From Camelus ferus (Eukaryota): DNA of 64,000 nt. How positions within the stretch are numbered: position 1 is the stretch's first letter; the number at the start of each line of letters is the position of its first letter. The position numbers and the translations under genes were made by a program. The DNA lies in the NCBI RefSeq assembly GCF_009834535.1, contig NC_045697.1, positions 15,626,001-15,690,000 on the forward strand, written 5' to 3'. The notes beneath the pieces are model-generated. The model was not told the origin of the DNA. It made no database searches and was given only the letters and a program-made list of their open reading frames with translations. Shown piece after piece: positions 14,194-25,218 of the stretch.

Positions 14194-14420
14194 CCCAAGA
14201 CATAAAAAACAAGTTGATGTCTATGTTGGTTTTCATTTTTCCCCTAAGAAACAAAGAATAATTTCAAGAATTTGCTCCTCCTACCACATATCATACACAA
14301 AAGTCAAGTCCAGTCACATCACAGCATCACGGACCTAAATATGAAAGGTAAAACACATTTAAAGCTTCTTAAAGAAAACAAAGGAGAATCTCTTAATGAT
14401 CTTAGGGTAAGCAAAGATTT

Positions 14421-14600
14421 TTCTTTTGTTTTTTTCTTTTTTTAAAATTGAAGTATAGTTGATTTACAATGTTGTGCTAGCTTCTGGTGTATAGCATGGT
14501 GATTCACTTATACATATACATTCTTTTTCATATTCTCATTATATGCCATTGCAAGATACTGAATATAGTTCCCTGTGCTATACAGTAGGAACTTGTTGTT
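14421..14600 (-). mobile_element. 5'-truncated young L1 3' end with TSD
   Basis: ttgaagtatagttgatttacaatgttgtg...atatagttccctgtgctatacagtagg; exact 10-bp TSD gcaaagattt at 14411-14420 and 14601-14610. Confidence 0.85.
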
Positions 14601-14706
14601 GCAAAGATTTCTTTAAAAGGACATAAATAACACTATTTTAAAAAATTAGAAAAATTAGGAACTCTGTTCATAAAAAGGCAACATTAAGAGCAAAAGGAAA
14701 AAGGCT

Positions 14707-15067
14707 TGGCTTTAGACTGAATGTTTGTACCCCCCTCATCAAAATTCCTGAAATCAAATCTCCAATGTAATATTTGGAGGTGATATCTTTGAGAGGTGAT
14801 TAGGTTCTGAGGGTGGAGTCTTTGTGAACAGGATTAGTGTCCTTTTATAAAAGAGACACCACAGAGCTGCCCTGCCCCTTCCATCAGGAGAGGGCACAGA
14901 GAGAAGGCAGCACCTATGAAGCAGGAAACTGCTCCTCACTGGACACCAGGGCTGCCAGCACCTCGATCGTGGACTTCCCAGCCTCCAAAACTGTGAGAAA
15001 TAAAGGCCTGTTTGTAAACCATTTAGTCTGTGGCATTCTGTTACAGCAGCTTGAACTGATTAAAACA
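14707..15067 (+). mobile_element. MLT1A-type MaLR solo LTR
   Basis: gactgaatgtttg...gaggtgattagg...ggacttcccagcctccaaaactgtgagaaataaa...gttacagcagc...aaca. Confidence 0.85.
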
Positions 15068-16189
15068 GGCATGAATTGGGAGAAGATATTTGCAAAACAT
15101 AAATCCAACAGAGAGCTCCTATTCAGAACTCTTATCTAGAATTCCCATAAATCAATGAGAAAACAATGGACAACCAAATACAAAACAGGCAAGATTTGAG
15201 CAGTAACTTCACCAAAGGGCACACCCAAAGTGCCAAAAAGGAAATGAAAGGAAGGCAAATCAAAGCCACAATGATACGTCAGAGTACAGCCACAGGAAGA
15301 CCAAAATTTAAGACTGACAATACCAAGCATCAGCAAGGAAGTGGAGCAACGAAAACTCATTACTGGTGAGGCTATAAATCAAAAAAAAAAAAAAAACAAA
15401 AAAAAACAAAACAAAACAAAAAAAACCACTCTGGTCAACTGTATTGCATTATCTACCAAAACACACAGATGCCTACAACCCAGCAGTTCCACTCCTGAAC
15501 ACACATGTCCATCAAAACACATGTGCATGAGTATTCATTGTAGCTTTTTCTTCATATCCAGAACCTTCCAACAACCCAAATACCCATCAACAGTAGAATG
15601 AACAAATTTTGATATATTTGCACAATGGACTACTATGCAGCAATAAAAAAGAATAAACTGCTACTACACGCAAAAACAAAGATAAATTTCACAGATGCAG
15701 TGACAGGAAAGAAATCCGACACAAAATAGTGCATGCTACACAATTCCAACTATATAGAATTAACGAGCAGACAAAACTTTTTATGGTGATAGACATCAAA
15801 GGGTATCTCTTGGGACAATGGTGGGAATTAACTAGAAAGAAACATACCAGAGCTTCTGAGTGCTCAAGTAAAAATATTGATCTTAAAGGCAGCTAAATAT
15901 GTGTATTCATAGCTATATATACTTATGATCTGTGCACATCACTCAATAGCTCAATTTAATGAAAAAGGGGAAAAGCGCCGGTCCCCCTCAGATCATCAAT
16001 TCTACTTCAGAGAAGTTATCCTGCAGATTTTCCATTAAATGTGCAAAATAATTTTGTACAAACTACTGGAAATGAAACAGAAGAATGCCCTAATAAATTA
16101 TGGTGAGGACATAAAATAATATTCAGAGGTGAAAAAGAATAAGAAAGCTTTCTGGCATTGATACAGAAGTTTTCAGGAAGGAGATTTAG

Positions 16190-16398
16190 CAGTAGAGAGA
16201 TTAAGAAGACATTTCTGGAGTCCAAATTCAAATAATTCCAATTCCAACACTAACTACCTTTGTAAATGTGGTCATGGTGCTTAAGCTCTCTATGCCCTGG
16301 TTTCTCCATCTGTCAACAGGGGGTTATAATAATAGCACTGTACTTCACGAGGTTGTTATGATGAACAAATGCATTAACGCACGTCAAGACTTCAGAGC
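16190..16398 (+). mobile_element. MIR SINE
   Basis: ctctctatgccctggtttctccatctgtcaacagggggttataataatagcac...ggttgttatgatg matches the MIR core. Confidence 0.75.
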
Positions 16399-17575
16399 CA
16401 CCACCATCACCACCATCATACCATCCTAAGAATATCACCTTATGTTGATGAGCATAATTTATATGTCATCAGCAGAAGATATATCACTCCATGGAAAAAA
16501 GCATGGTTTAGAACAATGTTTGTAGCATGTAGCCTTTGTGTAAAAATGGAAGAAAAGGGAACCATTTATTCATTCTGTTGTAACATACATGAAAGTCTCT
16601 TCAATAATACATGAGAAACTAATATTAGTGGTTACCTATTTTGTGAAGCATGATTGATAGGATGGAGCGGTGGGAGTTCAAGTTTTCCACTGTATTCTAG
16701 TGTCAGAAATAATGGAAACATTAGACCCATGAGAATGTAGTACTTACTTAAGAATTTTATAAATAAAAATATTGCTAGCATTCATGTTCAATTATAATGT
16801 ATATGAAACCAAAGTTTGCTTTCATTCAGCATGTTTCATATAAACAAAATTCAAAAGCAATTCTAGAGATGTAAAAACAAACGTGTGCTCCGGTTTCATG
16901 TATTTCTAAGTGGATACAGTAACAAAAGGGGAATCAAGGTATTTTATCTTCACCACGATTATCAATTAAAGTAGTAAGTGCTATCGTAAATAGTTTGGCC
17001 CTACTCATTACCTACTTGCTATTCAGTTTTTTGTTTCCTACTAACCCCAGCTCCTAGGAAGCCCTCTGCCCCAATTGGCTATTTCTGATCACACAATTCA
17101 AACAAAACCACTGTCTGCTTCACTTTTTTTCTGGGTCCCATGGAGAACTCAGAATATAAATGGTTATAGCAGGATGTTTACTGAGCCAAACTATGGAATC
17201 AATTCAAGATTTACAAATATAATCTTTCTAGTATTATTTTTTAAATACAAAATTCTTTAAAACCAGAGCAGAAAAAGTTCTATGGGCTAGCTGCCAAAGT
17301 AGGAACTTATACTTGCTATAAATTCCTGCCTATCTTAAGGCAGTTTTCAAGAACAATAGGATTTTTCTCTATTATTCAAAATAGTGCCAAGTAAGGGGAA
17401 AAAAAGATGTTGACTTTCGATTTTTTAAATTTCTTCTATCTTAGACATGACTTTATTTAAGGGTAAGTATGATTTCATTAACTTTGTCATCTTGCTTCAC
17501 TAGCAACCCTAAAAATTCCACATATTAACCTTATTGTAATTTTGTCAACAATTTCAGACACATGTCACCTTGCTG

Positions 17576-17589
17576 CCTCTAGGTGGCAC
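17576..17589 (+). promoter_or_regulatory. Candidate CTCF binding site
   Basis: CCTCTAGGTGGCAC, 13/14 match to the core consensus CCASYAGRKGGCRS; motif only. Confidence 0.4.
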
Positions 17590-19352
17590 AGTTATATTTA
17601 AGAAAAGTGAAAGGATAATCTTTGAAAATAGAAAAAAACTTGGTGCTGTATTTTAGCTTTAAAGAATTGTGTATTACATTTTTAAAAAGATTAGAAGTAT
17701 GAAAGATAAAAGAATAGCTTATTCCTTCAAGAAAAGGATTATACTAATTTAAATTTTGGGGAAGAACAGCTAGGAAGTTCGGAAATAGTTGTTTAAACTG
17801 GTATTAAATTAAATAAAAATAAAAGTTTCACCTGGTGCAATATCATGTCCTTAACAGTGAAGCTTATAAAATGCCTTTTTTGTGTGTTTCTATTTCATTT
17901 CTCTTGCCCAACTTTTTCTAGTTAACTATTATAAAAATTTCAGATAATGCTGCATCTCTTTTATTTCTCCCTCAGTACTTCATCGTTACATGTTATTTTA
18001 TAATCAAAACCCGAATGAGAAAGCACTTCCAAACTGAAACAGGAAAGGCTTCATATTTTAATTACCGCTTCAGGCTTTCTTTGAAAGGTGAGTACAAAAC
18101 AGTAAAATGTGAACTTACAGAAACCATACTCAGACCTACAGAAATCAAACATCTATTTGTGAAGAGAATGGTAAACGATCCAAAAGGCTAAACGACTTAC
18201 ACCAACAGCAGAATCTCAACTAGCGCAGATCTGCCCACTGTCAGCCCGGGCCGACTGACACACAGCAATCCTTCCGCCCTGCCAGACCATCTACTTACTC
18301 CCCCCGTCGGGTGCAGCCAGGGAAGGTATCCCAGGTTGGGGGGCAAAGAGAAAACCAAAACACAGGGTAGAGAAAAATCTATTCTAATTCACGCCTGCTT
18401 CAAGATCATCTAGTGACAAATGCTCTTTTGTCTTTTTAAGAAAAGAATAATTCACTTAAAGTAAAATATATCATGTCTCAAGATTATTTGGTTCTTTGAT
18501 AAAATATTGTCTAGGTAGCATACTCAGAGCCGGAGGCAGAAATAAAAACGTAGGCGTCCTCACTCCTGGGCTAGCCTCAAGCCGTTTCTGGGAAGTGTCT
18601 TTCCTATCCATCAGTAATTCCTTCCACTATACTCCAAATGCACACATACATACTCTGGAATGTAAGTGTCTTATAATAACCACAATATGAAATAAAAACT
18701 AGCACGGTTAATTTCATAATTATCAACTCAGCAATAAGATTCACTTAAAATCACTAATTAAAAAATTCTGTTCCTATACATTAATAACTAGTTATTTTAC
18801 CAAAGATTAATAGACATGAACAATAGTAAATAACGAAAAACATTCACTTGATTAGCATTAAAGCTGAAAAAGACATTTGCGCAATACCATTGCTTGCAGC
18901 GACTAGACTGAAATTATCTCCATTACTCTAAATTCAAATAAGGAGTCTAAAAATTATGACATGTAGTGGGAAAAGGCATTATATGACAAAGAAGGAAAAT
19001 CTCTCACTATTCATCCTGTATATTTGGACAAATGAGTCACTCTTCCTCGGTTGAGAGTTGGACTGTATATACTCCCAAGATGTTCCCAGATTTTAAGGTC
19101 AAGGTTTAGTTGAACTGATTCACTTATAAAGTTTACTGGAAATTCCTATACCAAATTGAATCCCATACATTCACTTTGTAATAACTCAATTTCCCTTTAA
19201 AATCAGAATTACACCAAATGTCACCTCCTACTTAATTAAAGGGAGCAATTTATGTTAAAAGTTTTTTTTTTAATCTTCATTTGAGCTTAACTATGCATAG
19301 GGAAAAAATTAAAATACTTAGTGTTTATGCATAAATTTAACAACGGCCATAC

Positions 19353-19561
19353 CATCAAAACCGCGTAGTTACTGAGGGAGTAGCACTGCATGGTAGTGAT
19401 ATTTTCATCCGAATAGAGTATATGGCACCCATCTGACTTCCAGCCTCCTTGTCCGTTCAGCAAATCGAAGTCCCACTGGGCGGCCACAGCATCTGCTCCG
19501 TGCGCAATTCGACGTAGCGTCACATTAACAGGGATGTGGTGGGTATCGACGTTCACACCAT
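19353..19561 (-). CDS. ADGRA3: ADGRA3 exon 14 (209 nt, GPS motif)
   Basis: cag|...|gtatgg; GVNVDTHHIPVNVTLRRIAHGADAVAAQWDFDLLNGQGGWKSDGCHILYSDENITTMQCYSLSNYAVLM. Confidence 0.96.
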
Positions 19562-19769
19562 CTGGAGAAGATGGGAGATAAAAATATTTCTGAAACAAAC
19601 TTCAGAAACAATTAAATGTCAACGTCGACACTAATGAGTACTCTGAGAATATCTTCCTCACCACTGACTCGTTAAAACGAGAAGGAACAAAAATAAGCAT
19701 TTTTAGGAACAGTGACTTATAAAGTCGTACTGTCCAGCGGCGGCGGGATGACATATGCCACGTACAGAC

Positions 19770-19983
19770 CTATTTTGGTGAGGATCACGGGGGTAACCAC
19801 TGTGCGCCGTTTCCCATCATCAGCCAACTTCGTCGAGTTCCCGGTGGCCGGGAAAAGCTTCCCGTTGCGGAAAGCGATGAGCTGAAGCTTACAGAGGGAG
19901 TCATCGCTGGGTCTGACTTCTCTCTTGTGCTTTGGTAAGAAGAGGGAAGGCGGCAGCTGAATAGAAGCTTCCACAATCGTGTT
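19770..19983 (-). CDS. ADGRA3: ADGRA3 exon 13 (214 nt, GAIN domain)
   Basis: cag|...|gtctgt; NTIVEASIQLPPSLFLPKHKREVRPSDDSLCKLQLIAFRNGKLFPATGNSTKLADDGKRRTVVTPVILTKI. Confidence 0.96.
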
Positions 19984-22869
19984 CTGAAAATGTATGCACA
20001 GAACAGACACAAGGAAGAGTCTCTGTGTTAGTAGGTAAAAACCACAGATGTTTTTAGATAGGAATGTTTCTAACTGTATGCTGAAGACATCTTTTTAAAT
20101 GCATATATATGAAATGTAATAGTTACAACAATGTGTCAGGTAAGGGGAATGTCTTAACATCATGTAGCAGCACAGAACAAAAGAAGTACAAAGTAAAGAG
20201 AAATGCAAACTCTGTTTCAAAGAGTTAAAGTCATAAACAAGGGATAGTTTCAAACTGTAAAGTGAATTTTCCCCTGATAACATGTAGAGCTGAAGCAGGT
20301 AGCATTAAACAGAACAGGGATGTCAGCGGTCACTCTTTACATGAATTTTACAATGACAAAACATGGTAAATGAGCACACAGGGAGCAGATCGCAAATGTG
20401 AGTATCATTAATTTGGGCTTATGAAACTTTAAGGTGATTTATGATGGATTCCTACTGTCAAACAACAGAAAAAATTATACAAACATAATAAAAGTTCAGA
20501 TTCTGCAAACTCTTAGCAGACAACTGAGACTAAGAAACACATTAGGTTTAGAAAAATGTAACAAAGAGGAACAATGGAAAATGCAGGCTGGGCACCGAAT
20601 GCTCTTCAGATTTCTTTAGTAGGGATTTTTAAATTATAAATTATTCAGCATTCAATAAAAAATAAATGATACACCAAGGAGGCAAATGATTATCTAAAAA
20701 AATTTCTATTTTTAAGAACTTATCACAAAACCTCTCTCTTGGCACCAACCTCTGCACAATTTGATGTTCATGATGCTGACAGCATTTCTTAAAAAAAATC
20801 TGATGTTATTTCAATTCAAGTAACACCTTGGTTTCTAAATGTCAAGTCAAAAAAATCCTAAGTATGCCATATAATTTGGCAAAAATCTGTTTCAAATTCA
20901 CTTTCTAACACTCTGTACATCACAACCTATAACCTGGCCACACTGAGTTTACAACTTTTTGAGATCTCCTTTTTTTTTTTTAATGTCACCATGCACATGC
21001 CAGTTATCTCCAGATGAAACAATCCACTCTTCTTATGTCTGGTAAACTCTTAAACTGGTCAGATTTGATTTTTCGTAAGTTAATTACGCTGGCAATGCAA
21101 ATGATTGGTCGGGATGAGGAAGGTTGGCAGCTGAGGACTTTGCAGAGTCCTGTGCACAGGGCTTTTGGGGGATGACTAATTACATGACCCCTGGGGATAC
21201 TACTTTTACAGGTAGGTGGTCCCTCTTCTGGATTCACGCTGCACTCTGCACGTGGCTCTGTCATGACGGATCTCTGCAGCATCACCATGTAATTCACTGC
21301 CTGCTCCACTAACTAGAGTAGGGGAATTTCTCAGGACAGCTAATCTCATTTCTTTTTGGACCTCCTAAGTTAATAACAGTTCCTGGCACTAGTATTTGAT
21401 AAAAGTATCCCATTACTTATGAAATTAATGAAAATCTGTGTAGTATTTTTTTAAGGTTCTATTGAAGCAAATGATTGACTTTAGAATTTGTCTTTAACTG
21501 CTGTGCTTAGAACAGTGTTGTAACACAGCGATAGCCATGAGTATCTGTTGACAGTATTTTGGAAGTTTGAATATTGACAGCTTGAATATTACTTTCAAAT
21601 TGAAGATGCCAGGAAAATATTCAGTAGAACTATTCCACCTAAAAAAACACATAAAAAGGTCCCTATTATTCTTGTAAATATAACCTGATAGGAAAACAAA
21701 ATTTATTAGAAATTCTTTCACTAATACAGTAAATTTCTATTAAGTATATAAATTTCTCCTAAGTATATAAGGATGCATGCAACACAGGAAAGACATCAAT
21801 AGATCGATTAACTAGAAGGTCAAAATCCTGATGAAATATTACATACTGGACATTTATAAAAACTTAAGTATTTTAAAAATTCATAAAATAATGTTGTTGT
21901 GAACACAAAATAACTTAAAAATAAAGCATAATTCTCTGAGAAAGTATCACTTATAACAAACTGAATTCATTTTTTAAAAAAGGAGTCAAACTATACTTTC
22001 TAAAAGAGAGCTGAAAAGGAAATGACAACTATTAATTTCTACAAGTTCAAAATTTTCTCTACACAAATTTAAACTTGTAAAACCATCCCAACAACAAATA
22101 AGAAAACTCGGGTTTATGGACAGATTGCTGAGAGATGAGAGCTATGTGTTCAAGGCTGTTACATACTCATGACTTCTAAACTATCCTCCAAAGTCTGATA
22201 AAGAAAATTACTAAATAATAATCACAGGTCTCCTACGGTGGCCTAGGGGTGCTGGAAAAGCCAACCTCACCTGTATCAATAATTTAATTTTTATAGTAAA
22301 AATGTAACATATGCATATTTAATCTCTTTAAAAGAAGTGCTGATCATTCATTAGAGAAAGGTTATGAATCTAACAACAACAAAAAAATCACCAAGGAACA
22401 TATTTGTTTCATTCATTGTGTCTATATTTTTTGCCACTTGGCCTGAAGGCAAGAACACAGAGGTTATAATTTCACTTAACCATGTATTTATTTTTAAATG
22501 TATGGATTACAGCAACAGAAATAGGTATAGACATATGAATCATAGTTAATAAATTAGAAAAGTCTCTCTTAAAACCCTTCGGGAAATACTTGTTTCTGGT
22601 GTCTCGTATGTATTACTGAAGATCGTATGTCACCCACGGGGGGAAGGAACGTGGGGTCTGAAACCAGGAATCAGGATTTGGGTTCCCGCGTCACCATGGA
22701 GTAGCTGCTTCACCCTGTGTGACTTTGTCTACCCCCTGAGTCCACCCCGTCACGTGCATCTAACGATCTTCCTAACAAATGGTCTGAGGACCAAATGGGA
22801 TCAAGACTAAGACAAGCACAATAAGGCTATGGAACTGTGGGTGGCATTTTTATTACTATTTCAGGGAGA

Positions 22870-23166
22870 CCCCATGTTACTGCGCTTCACAGATAACTGC
22901 TTCTTTAGGTTTTGGTTTTAACAAACTGAAGGTTTGTGGCAACTCTACATGGCTAGCACTTTTTAGCAATAAAGTGTGTTTTATTTAAGGAGTGCACATT
23001 GTTTTCTAGGCACAATGCTATCTCACAGTTACCAGATTACAGTGTAGTGTAAATGTGACTTCTATATGCACTGGGAAACCGAAAACTCAGTGACTCACTT
23101 ATTACAACACTTGCTTTATTGTGGTTATGTGGAACAGAACCCGCAGCATCTCCGAGGTCGGCCTGC
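22870..23166. mobile_element. Internally deleted Tigger1-type DNA transposon
   Basis: tgcgcttcacagata...tgaaggtttgtggcaac joined to the terminus gctttattgtggt...gaacccgcagcatctccgaggtcggcctg. Confidence 0.75.
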
Positions 23167-23819
23167 ATTGCTGCGGTGCGGCAGGTGGTTACCTGGAGGC
23201 TGGGCAGAGAGGAAACTGCCTAAACTGACTGACTGACCAGCCTTCATGTAGAACCTCACCATGTTTTGACTTCTACAGTTCAGCTTTAGTTTTAACCTCG
23301 ATTCTAAATACTGACAAATTATAAACATGTGAAATTAATGTCATCGTGGAATTCATAAATTTATTTGCTAAATTCATATATATATTTCCGTATTTACTTG
23401 ACATAAAACTAAGGAGAAAATGGTTAAGTACCATAAGGGATGTTAAAATCCAGTGGAAATACTTGAGTTAACACCATTTCTTATGGAACAATCTGGACTT
23501 CTGACACTACGTAATTAATACTTCAAATTTTTCTGAAATCCTAATTTGAAGTCTATAGAATTCAAACACTAAAATCAGAACCTGTCACTAAATCACTAAA
23601 AGAGCCACCTAATTTAAAACAGTAATTTTTTTCATGCTTTCTTGGCTATCTACTCACTTGATTTTTAAACAGACTGATGTTATGATACATCCCAGTTATT
23701 TTCTTGTGTATAATTAATTATTAACTACATACCATCTCTTGATTATCTCGCTGCTGAACTTAACAGGGATTATGTTTGCTTTTAGAATTTTTTTTAACTT
23801 TCTTTGCTAATTAAGTTTG

Positions 23820-24480
23820 GCTTACTCAACAGCATTTATTGGATGTTTCACTGCTCTATGCATGGCACTGTGTAGAATCTGGAAATATACAATGAAATAA
23901 GACATGGTCCCTGCCTTCAAACATTCAAAATCTAATAAGGGAGAGACAACAATAGTAAAACAACAATAAGAGATAAAATGCATTAAGTGCTTACTCTGTA
24001 GCAGACACTGTTGTAAATGTAATGTGTCACATTAAACCCTCTCAATGACCCTTTGAGTTTAATACCATTTCATGACTCCTCTATAATGGAAAGGACTGAC
24101 ACATTCCGAGAGGTTAAGGAACTAGCTCAAGTTTGCACAGCTTTTAAGTTGGGGAGCAGAACATGAACACATTCTTAGTAACCACAGCCTCTGGCCTCTT
24201 AACTATAGCTCAACTCACCAGCATATCAGCTTCTAATTATTCTGGAAAATGAACACAGCCCTATGGGACTAATAGGCAATGATGAATTCTGTCTGAGGAA
24301 GAGAAGGAAGCTGTCAGCTGAACGCAGTCTTAGAAGAGAAGCAGGGATCTCACCAAGCACGGGTGAGGCTGAGGGCACAGAAAAGGGCAGAAGTGAAGGC
24401 AGGAAGCGTAAAGATGCACACAGCCGGCCTGGAAAATAAAAGGACTTCCATTGGGCAAAGCCCTAGATGGGATGAGAGAA
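23820..24480 (-). mobile_element. L2 fragment with an inserted MIR (about 23945-24210)
   Basis: ctcaacagcatttattgg...ggcactgtg...agacatggtccctgccttcaa is the L2 3' end; gaggttaaggaactagctcaag is MIR. Confidence 0.6.
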
Positions 24481-25218
24481 ATGCAGGATGTATAGAGGAA
24501 ACCGGATTTCAAATTCCAGTCAAGAAAATTTTAAAAAACCAATTCTCTCTGGCCACGTTAACAGCTGAATTCAGAACACCAAGAGCTGCTAAAAGCTCTC
24601 AGTAGTTAATTGAAAATAGGTAATATTTTGTGATGCTATCAAATCTGAATTACGGTACCAAGAGTGGAAGGAAGCATTGGTTAAGAAAAAAATTAGACTA
24701 GGTGCTGTAAGAGTCAGATGACGGATGATTCAACCCCAACTGGCCAGGCACTGGAACTCACCGGTGACTCAAGCACCAGCTCTGACCTCAGGCAACCCTC
24801 AGCCCAGCGCAGGAGTTCTAAGACAACCCTCTGGCTCCTGTGTGTAACACTCAAGGACAGGCAGATGAGCAGAGGGTTACGGGAAAGTGAGGGAGAGAAG
24901 TGACGATGAGGATGGGAGAGGCAAGGACTGACCGGTGGTATCAGGTAAGATTCCTGGAGGTGACCTTTCTGCTGGGTGTTATCATCAAACCAAGGAGCTG
25001 GGGAGGGGAGGGGAGGGAAGGGGAGGAGCAGGGATTCCAGGAGAAGAATTAGCATGAGCCTGGCCTAACAAGGCCAGTGGTCGAAAGAGACACCAAAGGA
25101 AGTTTTGTTACTAGAGGGCGGCAGTGGGGAGAGGGCAGGTAAACGGTAACCACCACATGATGAAGGTCACTGACAGCCAGCCTCCAGACACCAAGCATCT
25201 ACCACCGGATGGGCAAGG

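Larger units (their letters stand above)
14250..15960 (+). mobile_element. Old L1M fragment (ORF2 end and 3' UTR) interrupted by a young L1 and an MLT1A
   Basis: cttagggtaagcaaagattt, gggagaagatatttgcaaaacat and aacaacccaaatacccatcaacagtagaatg are typical L1 ORF2/3' motifs. Confidence 0.75.

Noticed and set aside
21004..21309. 101-aa minus-strand ORF as an extra ADGRA3 exon
   Set aside because: No convincing polypyrimidine tract or strong donor; exons 12 and 13 already join in frame; peptide unrecognisable
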